From Psammoneis japonica (Eukaryota), in assembly GCA_008632985.1 (NCBI GenBank), contig QPGO01000336.1, positions 1 through 52,598 on the forward strand: a DNA stretch of 52,598 nt, given 5' to 3'. Below the pieces are notes generated by a model. It had not been told where the DNA came from and made no database searches. It saw only the letters and a list, made by a program, of their open reading frames with translations. Below, piece by piece: positions 10,263-23,236 of the stretch. The first letter of the stretch is position 1, and each line of letters begins with the position of its first letter. The position numbers and the translations under genes are program-made.

Positions 10263-13200
10263 ACAAAGTGACATGGCGGGGCTGCAGCACTGCACCACCA
10301 GAAAGACCTTTGAAGTCTCAGCCATGGCTCTAAAAGTGATCCCTTGTGTTTTGTGTTTGCCAAAGACCTGCAACACCCTCAGCCTGTGACTCTTTTGCTT
10401 GACGGTTCTGTCAGTGAGGGCTCCAACAACTCTGAAAAAGAAAACAGCTGCAAAAACAGTCTCGCAGGCACAAACAAACCAACAAGCAAGCTGTGTGAGT
10501 CCCGCCAGCACAAACAATGTGAAAATTTCATTCTCCACAAGAGCACACTTCCATCACAAAAAAGCTGCAACATCAGTCTTTGTTGAACACAGATGTGCTG
10601 CTTCAGATTTGAGCCACAGCAAATGTGACAGCTCCCGCGTCAGCCAGCAAAGAGGCTGACAATGAAAAGATTCATTTGGGTCAACTTAAATCACAAAAGA
10701 ATGGCCACTTGTTGCAAAATGTCAGAGTCATTTGGGTGAACTTAAATCGCAAAAACCTCACAAACAGGAGAGATGTGGTCAAAGGGCACCAAAAAAGGCC
10801 ATTTGCAAAATGACATGGCAATGATCACCAGGCCAACAGGCTTGGCTGAAAGAAGGCAAAAAAGGATCTTTGCCAAGACACACATCAAGTGTCATTTCCT
10901 GCTGCTCTGCACATGTGGTTGGTCATTGACAGCTCATCATTGACCATGTCACCAAAAAGCATGTGGGTGCCCTTGCAAGCATCATGTTGATGCTGCAAAA
11001 ACAGGGTTGTGCACCCACAGCCCACACCATGCAGGCTGATCAAACCCCGTGTTGTTGTTGTTGTCTAAAGAACAGCATGTTTTGGATGTCACATCCAATG
11101 CATTGTCAGCTCCACACGTGCTTTCATTGAAAACACAGTGCTTGCATTTCTGTTGTTGCTGTGGTGTCAACATGGGCCACATCACATGGCCTCTCTCACC
11201 TGCATTCTCAACACATCATTCAGTCACACTCCAGCAAGCCACTTCTCTGCCACATCTGCCACAAGCAACAGCTCTGACAAAGCAGCAGAAAAGACCACTG
11301 CAAAAGCAGCAATGAACCATTCTGTGCTCCCACTGTGAAAAAATCATGGGCAACTCCACCAACATCTCCAAGTTGCCCCAAAGAAAGTCAATCATGACAT
11401 TCTCCAATGAACCTTTTCAGTTGGCAAAACCACAGCATGCTCTGCAGCACTTGGTAAAAAATCATGTGTGTGCACTTCATGGCTGTTTAAAAAAACAGAA
11501 ACCACATCAAAAGCTCCAAGGAAAGAGACAGCCTGTTTCCTCCTGCCCCTCTGCTCAATGGTTGGGGCATGTCCAGTGCATGAAAGCTGATTGCGCGTGC
11601 ATGCTTGACAGCATGCAATGATCTTCTGCCAAAAGAATCTACTTTGTCATGCATTTTGAGCCTGCTCATGAAGCACCTCCAGCCAATTGCCAGTGATTTG
11701 CAGGTCAATTTGGTGAGCAATTTGCCACACTTTGCCCCATGGCAAAATGAGGGCTGCCAATTTTTTTTGACAGCCACAGGAGGAGCAAAAGTTTTGAGTT
11801 GCGTGACCCTTGCATTTGTCAAACAACATCAGTTCTGCAATGTTGAGCCACTTGGACCTGGGCCAGATGGGGACCCTGATGGAATCACAAAAGGCCAATG
11901 AGAGCAGAGCGAGTGGAACACCCGATGGAATGTTGGACAAGACAGGAGTGGAACAAGGAGACACGCTTGTGCTTGGGCTCAAGAAAGGAGAACTTTGCAG
12001 TTAAAGCTGTGGTGTGCTGCTCAAGCTTGGCTGACAAGAAAGACACTCATTGAGAGCTTTTGATGAAGCTGGGTCAACACTTGACGGCTGACCTGGCGTG
12101 CTGCAAATCAAGTGGCTTTGCACTGCAGATCTCAAAAAGAGAAATGCCCACTGAGAAGGGTCCATTTTCCAGTGCATCTGCCAATTTGAACAAGTCAAGG
12201 AGCACATCAGGTGGCACAAGAACCCCAGCTTGGATTGGTTGTGTTGGTTTCCACTGGCACTGCCTCGGTCAAGTTGTGTGCACAACCCCCACTCTTGCTG
12301 TGAGCATGCAGCCTTGCCCACACCTGGACAAGCGGTGCTGCTGTGCCGCAAGACGAGTGTCTCGTGAAGAACATTGGTTGATTTTAATGTGCTCTGAAAA
12401 CCCGGCAATGTGAACGTTGGATCTGATTCTGTGATCATCTCCATCAAATCATGTGAGCATTTCTCTGTTGCCTTGCGATGGAAGCATCTCGGAATGACTT
12501 TCCCACGGATTCTTACATGGCCCACATGTTCAAAATTAACATTTTGTGCAGATTTCACACAGGCATCGCTGATCCAATCGAAATCGCGCAGTGCGCACAT
12601 CCAGTGTTCATTGTTTTTCGTGTCATTTCCACGAGCATTGCACTGCCAATGAATCCAAATAATTTTGTTTCCATGTTTGACCGCAAATGCAGTGTTTGTC
12701 ATTTTCCTAAACAAAATCTGTGAGACATGAAGACACGTCGGACATTTTCCTGCTTGGGTTGATGACATCATCCATTGCTGTTTTAATTGAGCCTTCGACG
12801 CCAACGAGGCCGGTTTCAGGGCTGCAGCAGTTCCGTGCATCTGCACGTTCTGCAGTTACATGGATTGGATGAAAAAGCTTCATCCATTTGAGCTTTTGCA
12901 TGCAGGGTCATTTTCACTCCCTGTGACCGGTGTAGATGCTCGTTCATCATAAATTTTTTCATTCCAGACATTGTTGTTTCCATTTGTTTATTTTGTGTGT
13001 GTTAAGGCGGGCCGTCGGCTTGTTTTTTTTGCACGTCTTTTCCGGGTTTTTACGCGTTTTTGACGGGTCGCGACAGAAAATGACACGACAAAAGCACGAA
13101 CGACAATGATGATGTTCGTGACGAGCGGTGAGTTGCAAAGCATCACCTCACGAGGGACACTCATTGGTTTTATTGTCGTCACACAGTGCAGATTGATTCA

Positions 13201-14133
13201 CATGCTTTCGTCCCTCGTGCCACTGGGCCAATTTTGAGAGACAGCGCAATTGCCGTCATCGTCGTGCTTCGATTGCGGTGCCTGATGTTCTCGTTTTCGT
13301 GGGCGATCGAACAATTCTTGTGTTTAAAATTGACAATTGCAAACAAACGCATTCAAACACATTGCCAATTTTAGGACAAACATGGAAAAAATGGGTCGGC
13401 GGTCCCCCTTGAAGTTGCCACATGTTTTTCATGCAATCTCCTTGAGTGGACACCTCATGCATTGTTCTGCGTCCTTTTCACGCAGGATTTCTGATCAATT
13501 TTTCTGCCCAATTTGTTCCTGCAGGACTCACTCAATCCTGTTAACTGCCCCTCACAAGACCCAACACACGTCAACAAGGACACAATAAAAATGTCTTTCA
13601 TGACTGCAAATCTACGACCACACGAATCATGATGCAAGAACAAATCCATCACCCTTTTATTCCCTGCAACACCTGAATGACAGAATTGCTGCACCCGGAA
13701 CCTTCTGCCCAATGCCAGAGTGATGCACATGTTGTTTTTTGTTTGCATCCCAATGGAAGCCGGTGCAACCGATCCAACACCTTTTTTGGCTGCATGTTCT
13801 TCTTCTCAGAATGCTCTTTGTCGAAAAAAAGGCATGCACCGAATCAGACCATGATGATCCTTTTTTGTTGCTGAACAATCTCACCCCGTCCTTGCTGTCA
13901 CTGTTTTCGTTCTTGGAGATGAAGGACAGCATTCTTTTTTTATCATGTGCAATCACCGCAGTGGATTTGACCAATGCCACTGCAGCAGCGGACGCGGTGC
14001 ACCACATGGGGGTCGTCGCGGCCATGTGGGGTTCGCTCGTCATCACAGTGGTTCTGGTCTTGCTGGCATTGGCGGTGGCGGCACATTCACCGGTGGCAGT
14101 CTAGGCCGTGGCGGTGTCCGGGGTGGTGGGTGT

Positions 14134-15065
14134 GGATGTGGCCGTGGTGGTGGCCCTCCTTTTGCATCTCATGGTGGAACATCGTATGACGGCAGTGATG
14201 GTGACGGCAACAGTGTTGGTGGCAACATCCTTGCAACCCGGTGGCCGTCCCATGATCAGCCCTCATGATGGATGTTGTGGTGGACATTTGTGTGATGGCA
14301 GTGGGCGTGGATGTGGCTGTGGTGGTGGCCCTCCTTTTGCATCTCATGGTGGAACATCGCATGATGGCAGCGATGGCAACGGCAACAGCGTTGGTGGCAA
14401 CAGCCTTGCAACCGGCAGGCGTCCCGTGATCAGCGCTCCCCATGGATGTCATGGTGGACATTCGGATGATGGCAGTGTGTGCGGATGCGGCCGTGGTGGT
14501 GGCCCTCCTTTTGCATCTCATGGNNNNNNNNNNNNNNNNNNNNNNNNNNNNNNNNNNNNNNNNNNNNNNNNNNNNNNNNNNNNNNNNNNNNNNNNNNNNN
14601 NNNNNNNNNNNNNNNNNNNNNNNNNNNNNNNNNNNNNNNNNNNNNNNNNNNNNNNNNNNNNNNNNNNNNNNNNNNNNNNNNNNNNNNNNNNNNNNNNNNN
14701 NNNNNNNNNNNNNNNNNNNNNNNNNNNNNNNNNNNNNNNNNNNNNNNNNNNNNNNNNNNNNNNNNNNNNNNNNNNNNNNNNNNNNNNNNNNNNNNNNNNN
14801 NNNNNNNNNNNNNNNNNNNNNNNNNNNNNNNNNNNNNNNNNNNNNNNNNNNNNNNNNNNNNNNNNNNNNNNNNNNNNNNNNNNNNNNNNNNNNNNNNNNN
14901 NNNNNNNNNNNNNNNNNNNNNNNNNNNGGCGTGGTGGCGGCCGTGGTGGTGGGCGTGGATGTGGCCGTTGTGTGGGCCCTCCTTTTGTGTCTCATGGTGC
15001 AACATCGGATGACGGCAGTTTGGGTGGTGGTGGTGCGGGCGACAGCCTTGCAACTGGCAGCCGTG
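14134..15065 (+). repeat. ~174-bp tandem repeat encoding Gly/Arg-rich units (GRGxGRGGGPPFASHGGTS...)
   Basis: Units start at 14134, 14309 and 14483 (the third runs into gap 14524-14927), with another copy near 14957. Confidence 0.85.
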
Positions 15066-15121
15066 GTTCTGACAGTTTTGTCAGCCCCAACTCATCTTCT
15101 TGATCGGTTCCTGCATCGGTC

Positions 15122-18100
15122 ATGACAGGTGCTCATTCGGACACCACCTCATCACCCGGCAAGCCGGTGCCAAAGATGAGGAGATGGCTTGAAGAAGAAT
15201 GGCACAGTGACTCTGAGACAGATGGGCTTGGCGATGAATGGCACAGTGACTCCAAGATGGATGGGCTTGGCCCGAACAACCAGATTCCAAATGTAGATGA
15301 GTTGGCCAGCAAGTCTGATGATGACAGCGATGCCAACACAGAGGTCAGCTGTGACTTCCTTCAAGGTCGGCATGTCGACTCGATGTCTGATGATGTCGAC
15401 GATGATGGTTTCGGTCAAACACACTGCGCGGATGGGGCCCGTGGGCATCAGACTCTGTTGGATGACCCCGTTCAACCTTCCGTGAGTGCATTGATTGATC
15501 ACACAAAATCCGCCAAGCCCACCGATCTAAAGTGTGAAAGAATCAATGTTGCTTGTGCGGACTCGGAGTCGTCATGCCGCCACAAAATTCATCTGTTGTT
15601 TGAAATGCATGACAAACCCATTGCCACTTTCAAGGACAAGGACAGCTCCAATCTCACCCATCTCAGCACGCCCGGCACACATCATGTCTTGGCATGTGAG
15701 AGAGCCGATCATGGATTTGTGATGGCGAACAATCTTGAGTGCTCACCTCATTTTACTCTGGAGGATTCGATGCTTGCCAGCTGCAAGTTAAAATGCGATC
15801 GTTTGAACATCCAATGTGCCGAGGCAAAGGCCTGCCAGCACAACACCTTGAAGCATGGGGGGAATGTCGCGTTTGCATCCATTGGCGAGGAAAGCTTTAT
15901 GGAGGACATCCTGTCTCTTGACCTTGAATCCGCATGGTGTGATGTCATGGTGAAGGACGATGAGTCGGATCCTCGGAAGAAACATGTGGCACAATGTGGC
16001 CCCAGGGGCAACCGAGGATTTGCCGTCGGAATTTGTGGGGACCAATGTGTTGATTGTGACGAAGATGGGATTGCTCATCCAGAATTCAAGACCGGGACCG
16101 CCCGGTGCACTCCTTTGATGTTGGCATTCAACAAACTTTGTAAGAAAGCTCACTCTGCATTCCTTCCCGACAAGCCGTTCATGGACGAAACCCTGTTTCC
16201 TGCTAGGAGGAAAGACTTCGCCATGAAAATTCATGAGGAAATGGACCTGGAGTTTGTTTCTTGCAATTTTTTGATGCATCTGAACGATGGGTCGTTCACT
16301 GGACCGGACCGTTTAAAGCATCACACCGACTCACAGGGATGCCGCACACACAGCGACCTGCATGATGCGTGGCAAACATTTGTGTGCAAACGCACCAATG
16401 TCAGGGTGACGGCTGCAATGACGGGTGGTTGGAAAAATTCTGTGTCCAACTGTCATGAAAGGATGGAAATTTTTGGCAAGGCAAGTGATTGCTTGATCCA
16501 CCAGTGCAACCAACCACCGGCCGAGCGATGCAAGGTGGTTGCCGCCCTCCACTGTCCGGACACAGTCCCTGTCAAGACAACACCCGTTCATTGCCAGCCA
16601 TTGGCCCAAATGGTGTCACTGTTTGACAAGATTCTCAGAGTCTCCAATGCACTGGCCGAGGACGGCCGCACAATGTCGGGTTTCCTGTTTCTGGAAATGA
16701 TGTGCAGTTTTCATGCATTCTCCAACAATGTCTGCTGATGTGAATTGTTTCGTCGTTCTTGCATGGAGGTGAGTGAGTGCGATCCTTTGCCTGTGCTCTC
16801 ACTCCCGGTTGCCTCTGTCATTTGCCAGGATTGGGGCTGCTCGTTTCGCCCTGGTTGGTCGTACGCCAAGGAGTGCCGCAGGTTCCTGGGACAGAACTTC
16901 CCATCCTTCGATGGTTGCCGTGACTTTGACGGTGAAAAGGTCGGCGGCGTCCGACACCAGTCGACACCGTCTCACCCCATGATGGGTGACAGTTCCGACA
17001 ATGCCTGCTGAGAATTGCACATGATTGTGTGTCCCCCCACCGCAATGTCTCCATCTCCCATGTCACACGCAAGAAACTCATCAAAAAAAAACAATTTCAA
17101 AAGTGGCTGGTGCACAAGATCTGAAGTCTCAAAAGGTTGTCACCGGTTGTTCCACCCTGGCGAACGAATTTGACATCAATGTCTTGAACATGGCGCATCC
17201 GGGAAGTGACATGGGAATGAAGAAGAAGCTTCGTTTGGCTGGCTTCGACATTCCAAACAAAGAATCTATGACAATGGTTGTCAAGAGTGCATCTACAAAG
17301 ACGAAATTGCCCATCATGAATGGTGAAGAAACAACTTGTGTCGTCACGCGGTCGATCGGCGACGGCCGCCGTGATGAGGGCGAGGACAGCATTCCTCGCA
17401 ACGTTCCCATTCCCTTTTCACAACTGAGCGACGATGGATTGCCCGAGGTTCATTTGTCGGACAAGTCCAATGGCCGCCGACCACGATTGCTGCAGCAGAT
17501 TCATCTAAATTGGAGCTTGGATCCCACAGCAAATCATCATGTGCCGACCTGGGCGCCGGTGAATTGCAATTCGGCCGACACTGTGAGTCAATGTCTGGCC
17601 ACGAGAAAGCTGTCTCTCATGGCAAGAATGCCCACACTGAAAAATCATGAGTGGTCTCGCAAGGCCAGGACTGCCGTTCAGGGGCGGGAGAAGTTGGAAT
17701 CGGATGACACCATCACTTTAACGGATTTCTCTGACACCGTGGCTGTGTTGCAGAAATTGTTGAACAAGCGACAATGCCTGGCGCTTCATGATCCATCGGA
17801 ATTTGTTGCAACCAAATGCTTGGGCATCCAATGCAAATCTCTGGTTGAATCAATCGAAACAAAGAAGCACTCTGACGGCTCTTTCAAGGCCAGTCTGTCC
17901 TGTTCCGACATTCCCCGACATGTGAAGACCGCTCAATTCGGATCACTTCACAAAGACCACTTGCCACCACTTGGACCAGTCGGCTGGGACAAGGGATTGT
18001 ACAGCACCAGACATGATGCCTTGAGCGCGTTGTTGTTGACTCTGATGTTTGAAACCAACTGTGGAAACGGCAGGAGCTGGTTGTGGCACCATCTTCGAAT

Positions 18101-18311
18101 TGCTCGTGAGTTTCTAGTGCTGTTGCCGTCTTCTAAAAAGAATGCATCCGTGGTGCGGGTGGTTGCAATGGTGTGCAGAGAATCCAAGAATGCATCACGG
18201 GAGCCCCGGGTGCATGCAAGACACTTGTCCGAGAGCAATGGAAAGGCACTGCGTCCCTTGGAGGTGGCAAGAGATGCCCATGGTCAATTGGATGGTTTCT
18301 GTTTGTCGTGA
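15122..18311 (+). pseudogene. Large (~1000 aa) uncharacterised gene relic, convergent with the MULE transposase; possible 2OG-Fe(II) dioxygenase-like segment
   Basis: ORFs 15122-16738, 16745-17011 and 17025-18311 read as one interrupted gene with an acidic N-terminus and nearly no Tyr. The Gly-rich repeat region from ~13.9 kb may be its true 5' end. Confidence 0.6.
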
Positions 18312-18354
18312 AGCACTGCCATGTTTACATTGTCACATCTAAAATGGAGACGTG

Positions 18355-18452
18355 AACCATCTTTGCACTGTCTCGTGTTGGTCGAACTGGCCTTGGTGGG
18401 GTCAACCATCTTTGCACTGTCTCGTGTTGATCAAGCTAGCCTTGGTTGGGTC
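18355..18452. repeat. 49-bp tandem duplication
   Basis: AACCATCTTTGCACTGTCTCGTGTTG... at 18355 and 18404. Confidence 0.85.
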
Positions 18453-18540
18453 GTGTGCAATGGTGACATGGGCAAAAGCATCCCGCAAAGTACATTGCAT
18501 GTTGCATGCACACGCAGCACGGTGGTGGACAGGAGCTCAT

Positions 18541-18690
18541 GTTGGACACAAACGGGGTGGAATGGTTGGTTTGTTCGTTTGTCGGCAAGTGCCTGAATCC
18601 AACATGAGTTGCTTCATTGGATGCAAACGGGGCGGAACAGTGAGTTTGTTCGTTTGTCGGCAAGTGCCCGAATCCAACATGAGTTGCTTC
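18541..18690. repeat. 75-bp tandem duplication
   Basis: ...TTTGTTCGTTTGTCGGCAAGTGCCYGAATCCAACATGAGTTGCTTC in units 18541-18615 and 18616-18690. Confidence 0.85.
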
Positions 18691-21410
18691 GTTTGCAGTT
18701 GTTGGCTTCCTTGCCACAACGGCACCCAGCTTCCTCATTTTCTCACGTCGCTCTGCTTCCACCTGAACAGCTTTGGCATCATCCACTTGACTTTGGCGGG
18801 ATCTTTTCCTCACCAGCAACTTGTTCGTTCTAGATGCAAGGATGTCTTTGTGCTGCAGTGCGGCTGCATGAGGACACTTGGTTGTCTTGTGGAACTCTTC
18901 ACAGTCGCCCATGCAAAGGGTGCGGCCACCCGGCAAATGTTTCATTGTCACATGGCACAGACCCATGGTGAGCTTGTACAATGCATCATGTGAGTGCTTG
19001 CAATCGCCGACAAAGTGACCCCTCAGGGCATTCTCGCAGTCGATCATTCGTGTTGGATCGATGGGTGTCCCAAGGGACTCTTGGGTGTTCACCAAGTGGC
19101 CACCCTTGTGTGCAACCATGTCCTTCTCCAAATCCATCTTGCCAATTTCCTCAATGACATTTTGGGTGAGGGCCTTGTCCTCATCGAGAATGCGCCAACC
19201 CTTTCCAATGGCAGAACACTCTTGCGTGTGTGTGTGCACCAACCCAGGCAATGTGTCGTTGAGTGCACGATGCATCAAGACACCAGAGGGAAGGAGACCA
19301 ACGAACTGATTGCTTCCCCACATTTCAAGATTCATTCTGCAACGCAATGACAGGTAAATTGCATGAGTGTGGAATGCGGCAACATGCAATGACAACAGAA
19401 ATGGCACAGACTCACCTTTCGTGCGAGTTGTTTTGGGGCACGCAGCCCGGCTCCCCGAATGTGGAAACAATGCCACTGAGAAAAATCTTTGTTCTCGACG
19501 CACTGGGAATCAAACACCTCCGCAAGCTTTGTCTCTCCTGCCATTTTTCATGAATGAATGACCATCTTGGCCATTGGGCAAAACAGCTCCCATGTCTTGC
19601 ATCGATGAAGCTTCCTCACATCCTTTGTGGCCACCCTCATGAGGAAGCTTTGGTCTTTGACGCACTTGCGACATTGTCCATTGTGCTTTCTCGTAAAGTC
19701 GGTCTGGAATTTACGCATGAGGTGTGGGCAGCAAGTTGCAAAAGGATCTTTGGGAAACAACAGTTTGAACGCATTCCGGAATGAGTGCAAGTGATCCGAG
19801 CACAATCCGCCACCAAAGTGCAAGTCGTCTGTGCCGAACAAATCGAAAGCCGCCTTCTTTGTTGCAAGCAGCAGGTGCAGTGCACCCTCTTCGTGTTCCG
19901 CTGTTGCAAGTGCATAACCGACAGGCTTGAGCAAGGACAAAAAATGTTGCTTGCCCCCCCTTTCTCGTTTTGTGTGGTCCGTGACTCCAAAAACAATGGT
20001 CACAAAATCATTGCCGACCACACCATGCATGCCGTCTATCATTCCAACTATTTTGAAGTCGAGGTCCTTGCAGTCGCACATGTTTCTGAGCAGGCCAAGG
20101 GACGAAAACACGATTGTGTTGTCCATTGCCGGCAAGAATGGACCCTTGCTCCCCTTTTTCTTGTTGTGCGATTCCTCGGCATTTCGCTGACACAACAGCA
20201 TCCTGTCTCGAACCTTTTTGGGAAGGTCGCCGAGGTCGGGGACCGGAAGACAAAACATGTCTGTGTGGGGCATTCCCTCTTTGCTGTGTCGCTTGCCCCG
20301 GCATCCGGTGTCACACAGATCTTTGGCGAGTTCCATCATGTGAACCTTGGAGGCCACCAAATGGGGCTTGCAGGTGGATGGAAGACACAGAGCATGGTTT
20401 CAACTGAGTGCAAGCAAGTCTTGTGTGCACTTGATCTTGACCTTTTCGGTGGGATTGTCCCCAAGGGATGACTTGGGACGTTGATCGTTGCTTCTGTTGT
20501 TGGAATCAAGCAAGCGACAAATCTTGTTGCTCACCTTGTCCCTCAGTTCTTGGGTGGCAAACAATGGGGTGATGGATGGGTTTTCGGAAACCGACAGTTT
20601 GGCAACTGTGCGGCGGGTGATGTCCTTCGGTTTGAGGGTCCTTCGGTTTGAGGGGACGGGTCGTCCTGTTTTAGCCTGTCCACGTGATCCTTGACCAGCG
20701 GCGGCAAACCTCGGGGAACCAGTGGACAGCATGTGGTCCACCCACGTCCGGCGCGTGTGGGTGGAGTGATCTCGGAGGATGCGACATTTGCAGTGCTCCT
20801 TGCCAGGGAGCGTCACTGTCTCAGCTTGAAAGGGACAATCCTTGTCAACCTTGCAGCTGTGTGTTGTCGTGATGGGCTGCAGCGGGTCTTGTCTCCTCAG
20901 GAATGTGTTGTTGTTTCTGTCCGTCTTTGCGTCTGGGCCCAGAAAATGTTTTGCCTCGTTTGCAGACTTCATGAGGTCACCTGGAACGAGGTCAAGGGCA
21001 CGGCCGGAATCATGATCATGGCGGGCAATCAGCTGGGGCAGAGAAAGGCTGCTGGCTGTGTCAGGGCCACACAGCTCGGGTGGAATGGCTTCTGGCCCAT
21101 GAGTTTCGGAATCTCCATTGACAGATTCTTTGCATTTCACGACGGAGGAAGATTTCTTTTTCAGAAAATCATCACAAACGGCAGCAAGGAGCTCGTCGCC
21201 CCTTTCACCCAAAATGGAGTCTCCAACGTGCTGGACCCGCTCAGCAAATGCTTTGGAGTCCGGAGCAAAAATGGAGTGATCCTCAGTGCTGATCTTGCGA
21301 GCCATGACCGCAAGACATGAATCTCTGATGGGGCCGGGACCCACCCCTTCAGCCAGAGATCGGAGGCGGGTGGCGGGAGATGGAAGGTCGCCGTCGCTGA
21401 GACCAGACAT
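18690..21410 (-). mobile_element. Mutator-like (MULE) transposase relic with N-terminal C2H2/WRKY-like finger, DDE domain and SWIM finger
   Basis: ORFs 20400-21410 (SCKVDKDCPF...DHSTH), 19548-20360 (MIDGMHG...; CSDH..FRNAF..LFP....CCPHLMR) and 18436-19503 (CMGDCEEFHKTTKCPH). Frameshifted; TIRs not identified. Confidence 0.8.
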
Positions 21411-23236
21411 CAAAAGAGCGGTGAAAAGGAAAAACGCCATGGCAGATGTGCCAAAATGAAGGAAGCAAAACAAAAAGAGCATCACGGGGTGCCAGATCTC
21501 AGTNNNNNNNNNNNNNNNNNNNNNNNNNNNNNNNNNNNNNNNNNNNNNNNNNNNNNNNNNNNNNNNNNNNNNNNNNNNNNNNNNNNNNNNNNNNNNNNNN
21601 NNNNNNNNNNNNNNNNNNNNNNNNNNNNNNNNNNNNNNNNNNNNNNNNNNNNNNNNNNNNNNNNNNNNNNNNNNNNNNNNNNNNNNNNNNNNNNNNNNNN
21701 NNNNNNNNNNNNNNNNNNNNNNNNNNNNNNNNNNNNNNNNNNNNNNNNNNNNNNNNNNNNNNNNNNNNNNNNNNNNNNNNNNNNNNNNNNNNNNNNNNNN
21801 NNNNNNNNNNNNNNNNNNNNNNNNNNNNNNNNNNNNNNNNNNNNNNNNNNNNNNNNNNNNNNNNNNNNNNNNNNNNNNNNNNNNNNNNNNNNNNNNNNNN
21901 NNNNNNNNNNNNNNNNNNNNNNNNNNNNNNNNNNNNNNNNNNNNNNNNNNNNNNNNNNNNNNNNNNNNNNNNNNNNNNNNNNNNNNNNNNNNNNNNNNNN
22001 NNNNNNNNNNNNNNNNNNNNNNNNNNNNNNNNNGATGAGTGAGATTGTCAGAGGGAGGGGCGGGTCTGTGTCCACTGAAACTCAGACTCCTGACGCCGCT
22101 GCTGGAGGAGCCGATGGAAGGGCGCGGGTGACCGGAAGATCGACCAGCGGGGTCCATCTCCAAGCCACTCAGACCTTCCTCAAACATCCATGACACCGAC
22201 CAAATGTCTGCAAGGAGCTGCGGTGCCTTCCCAGAGAGTCGAAGGGAAGGAAGATGAAGGACCTGTGGGCATGATGGGAAAGCGAAGAGCGAAGCCACCA
22301 CGAATGGACAGATGATTCTTGTTTGTGCTGTTTGGCTAAACGGCCATGATCTGGGAAAGGCAGAGCAGGGTGGAACGATCGTGTGATGAAGGTGCAACGT
22401 CGCCGTTTGTCAGGACCGATTGAGGCAAGACGAGATTGCGTTTTGTTGACTTTGTGCCCAAAAAACACCGAAAAATTGAGCTCACCATCATGTCTGGTTG
22501 CGTTGAATCTAATTTTTGAATGTTTCCGTTGGGGTGTCTTTCGGTCATTTACGTTAAATTTTTCTCAAATGTCACAACGGCCCGTAGATGCACGAATGAC
22601 CACATTGTAGATACAGCACACATGGCGAGCGTTTCAGGCAGTTCCGTCCGACGCACGCCTACCCAGAAAGACCCTTATGACGTCATTAATGATGTAAGTT
22701 CAACTCACACTAAATGTTCGAATAAAAGTTACCTAAATGCAATTGTCACGTTTCTTCGCCAATAAAGTCTAAGGAATAAGTAATCATCCGGGATAACAAA
22801 TAATATACACTAGATCGGTGACCCCTGTAACCTCTAGCTAGAGTACTACGGTAGGTAGGACTCTACGACAACTTTTTATAAACCACTGATTTCTATTCGT
22901 AGGACCTACGGGAAGGCACCTCTGAGCGAAAGTCTCTGAAGAAATGGCACCCCTGAGTGGTAATGATAACATTTATGCTTTAATAAATCATAACTTTTAT
23001 AAGGATATATGTGCTTGTACAAATAATTATGTCTCCACTCACATTCCACAGACAGTGCTGCCGTATGTTACATAGCTCAGAACCTTTTGCTTTTCAATTT
23101 TCAACACGGACGCGACGAAACGATAAACGATGCGGTGTGATTGCGACGATGACACCTCTAGCTAGAGGGAGCGACATATTGCGACTTGCAACTGCATCTG
23201 TATCATCGTTTTGGAGTACTTTAGACGTTGGTTATC

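Noticed and set aside
11800..12900. Minus-strand ORF 12001-12846 as a gene
   Set aside because: Probably a mutated relic, but no motif was recognised and long ORFs are uninformative in TA-free DNA.
14134..18690. CRISPR-like arrays
   Set aside because: The repeats are contiguous tandem units without unique spacers, in a eukaryotic context with no cas genes.
1662..22397. Long ORFs containing X runs
   Set aside because: They span assembly gaps (1790-2163, 5096-5690, 14524-14927, 21504-22033).
1..22500. Dense overlapping Cys/His-rich ORFs in all six frames (also 35.7-38.8 kb and 50-52.6 kb) as novel metal-binding proteins
   Set aside because: Loss of TpA removes TAA/TAG stops and turns Tyr into Cys/His, so long spurious ORFs are expected.
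12900..22830. Terminal inverted repeats for the MULE
   Set aside because: Only a ~10-bp match (TGACAATTGCA near 13331 vs its reverse complement near 22740) was found by eye, which is not convincing.
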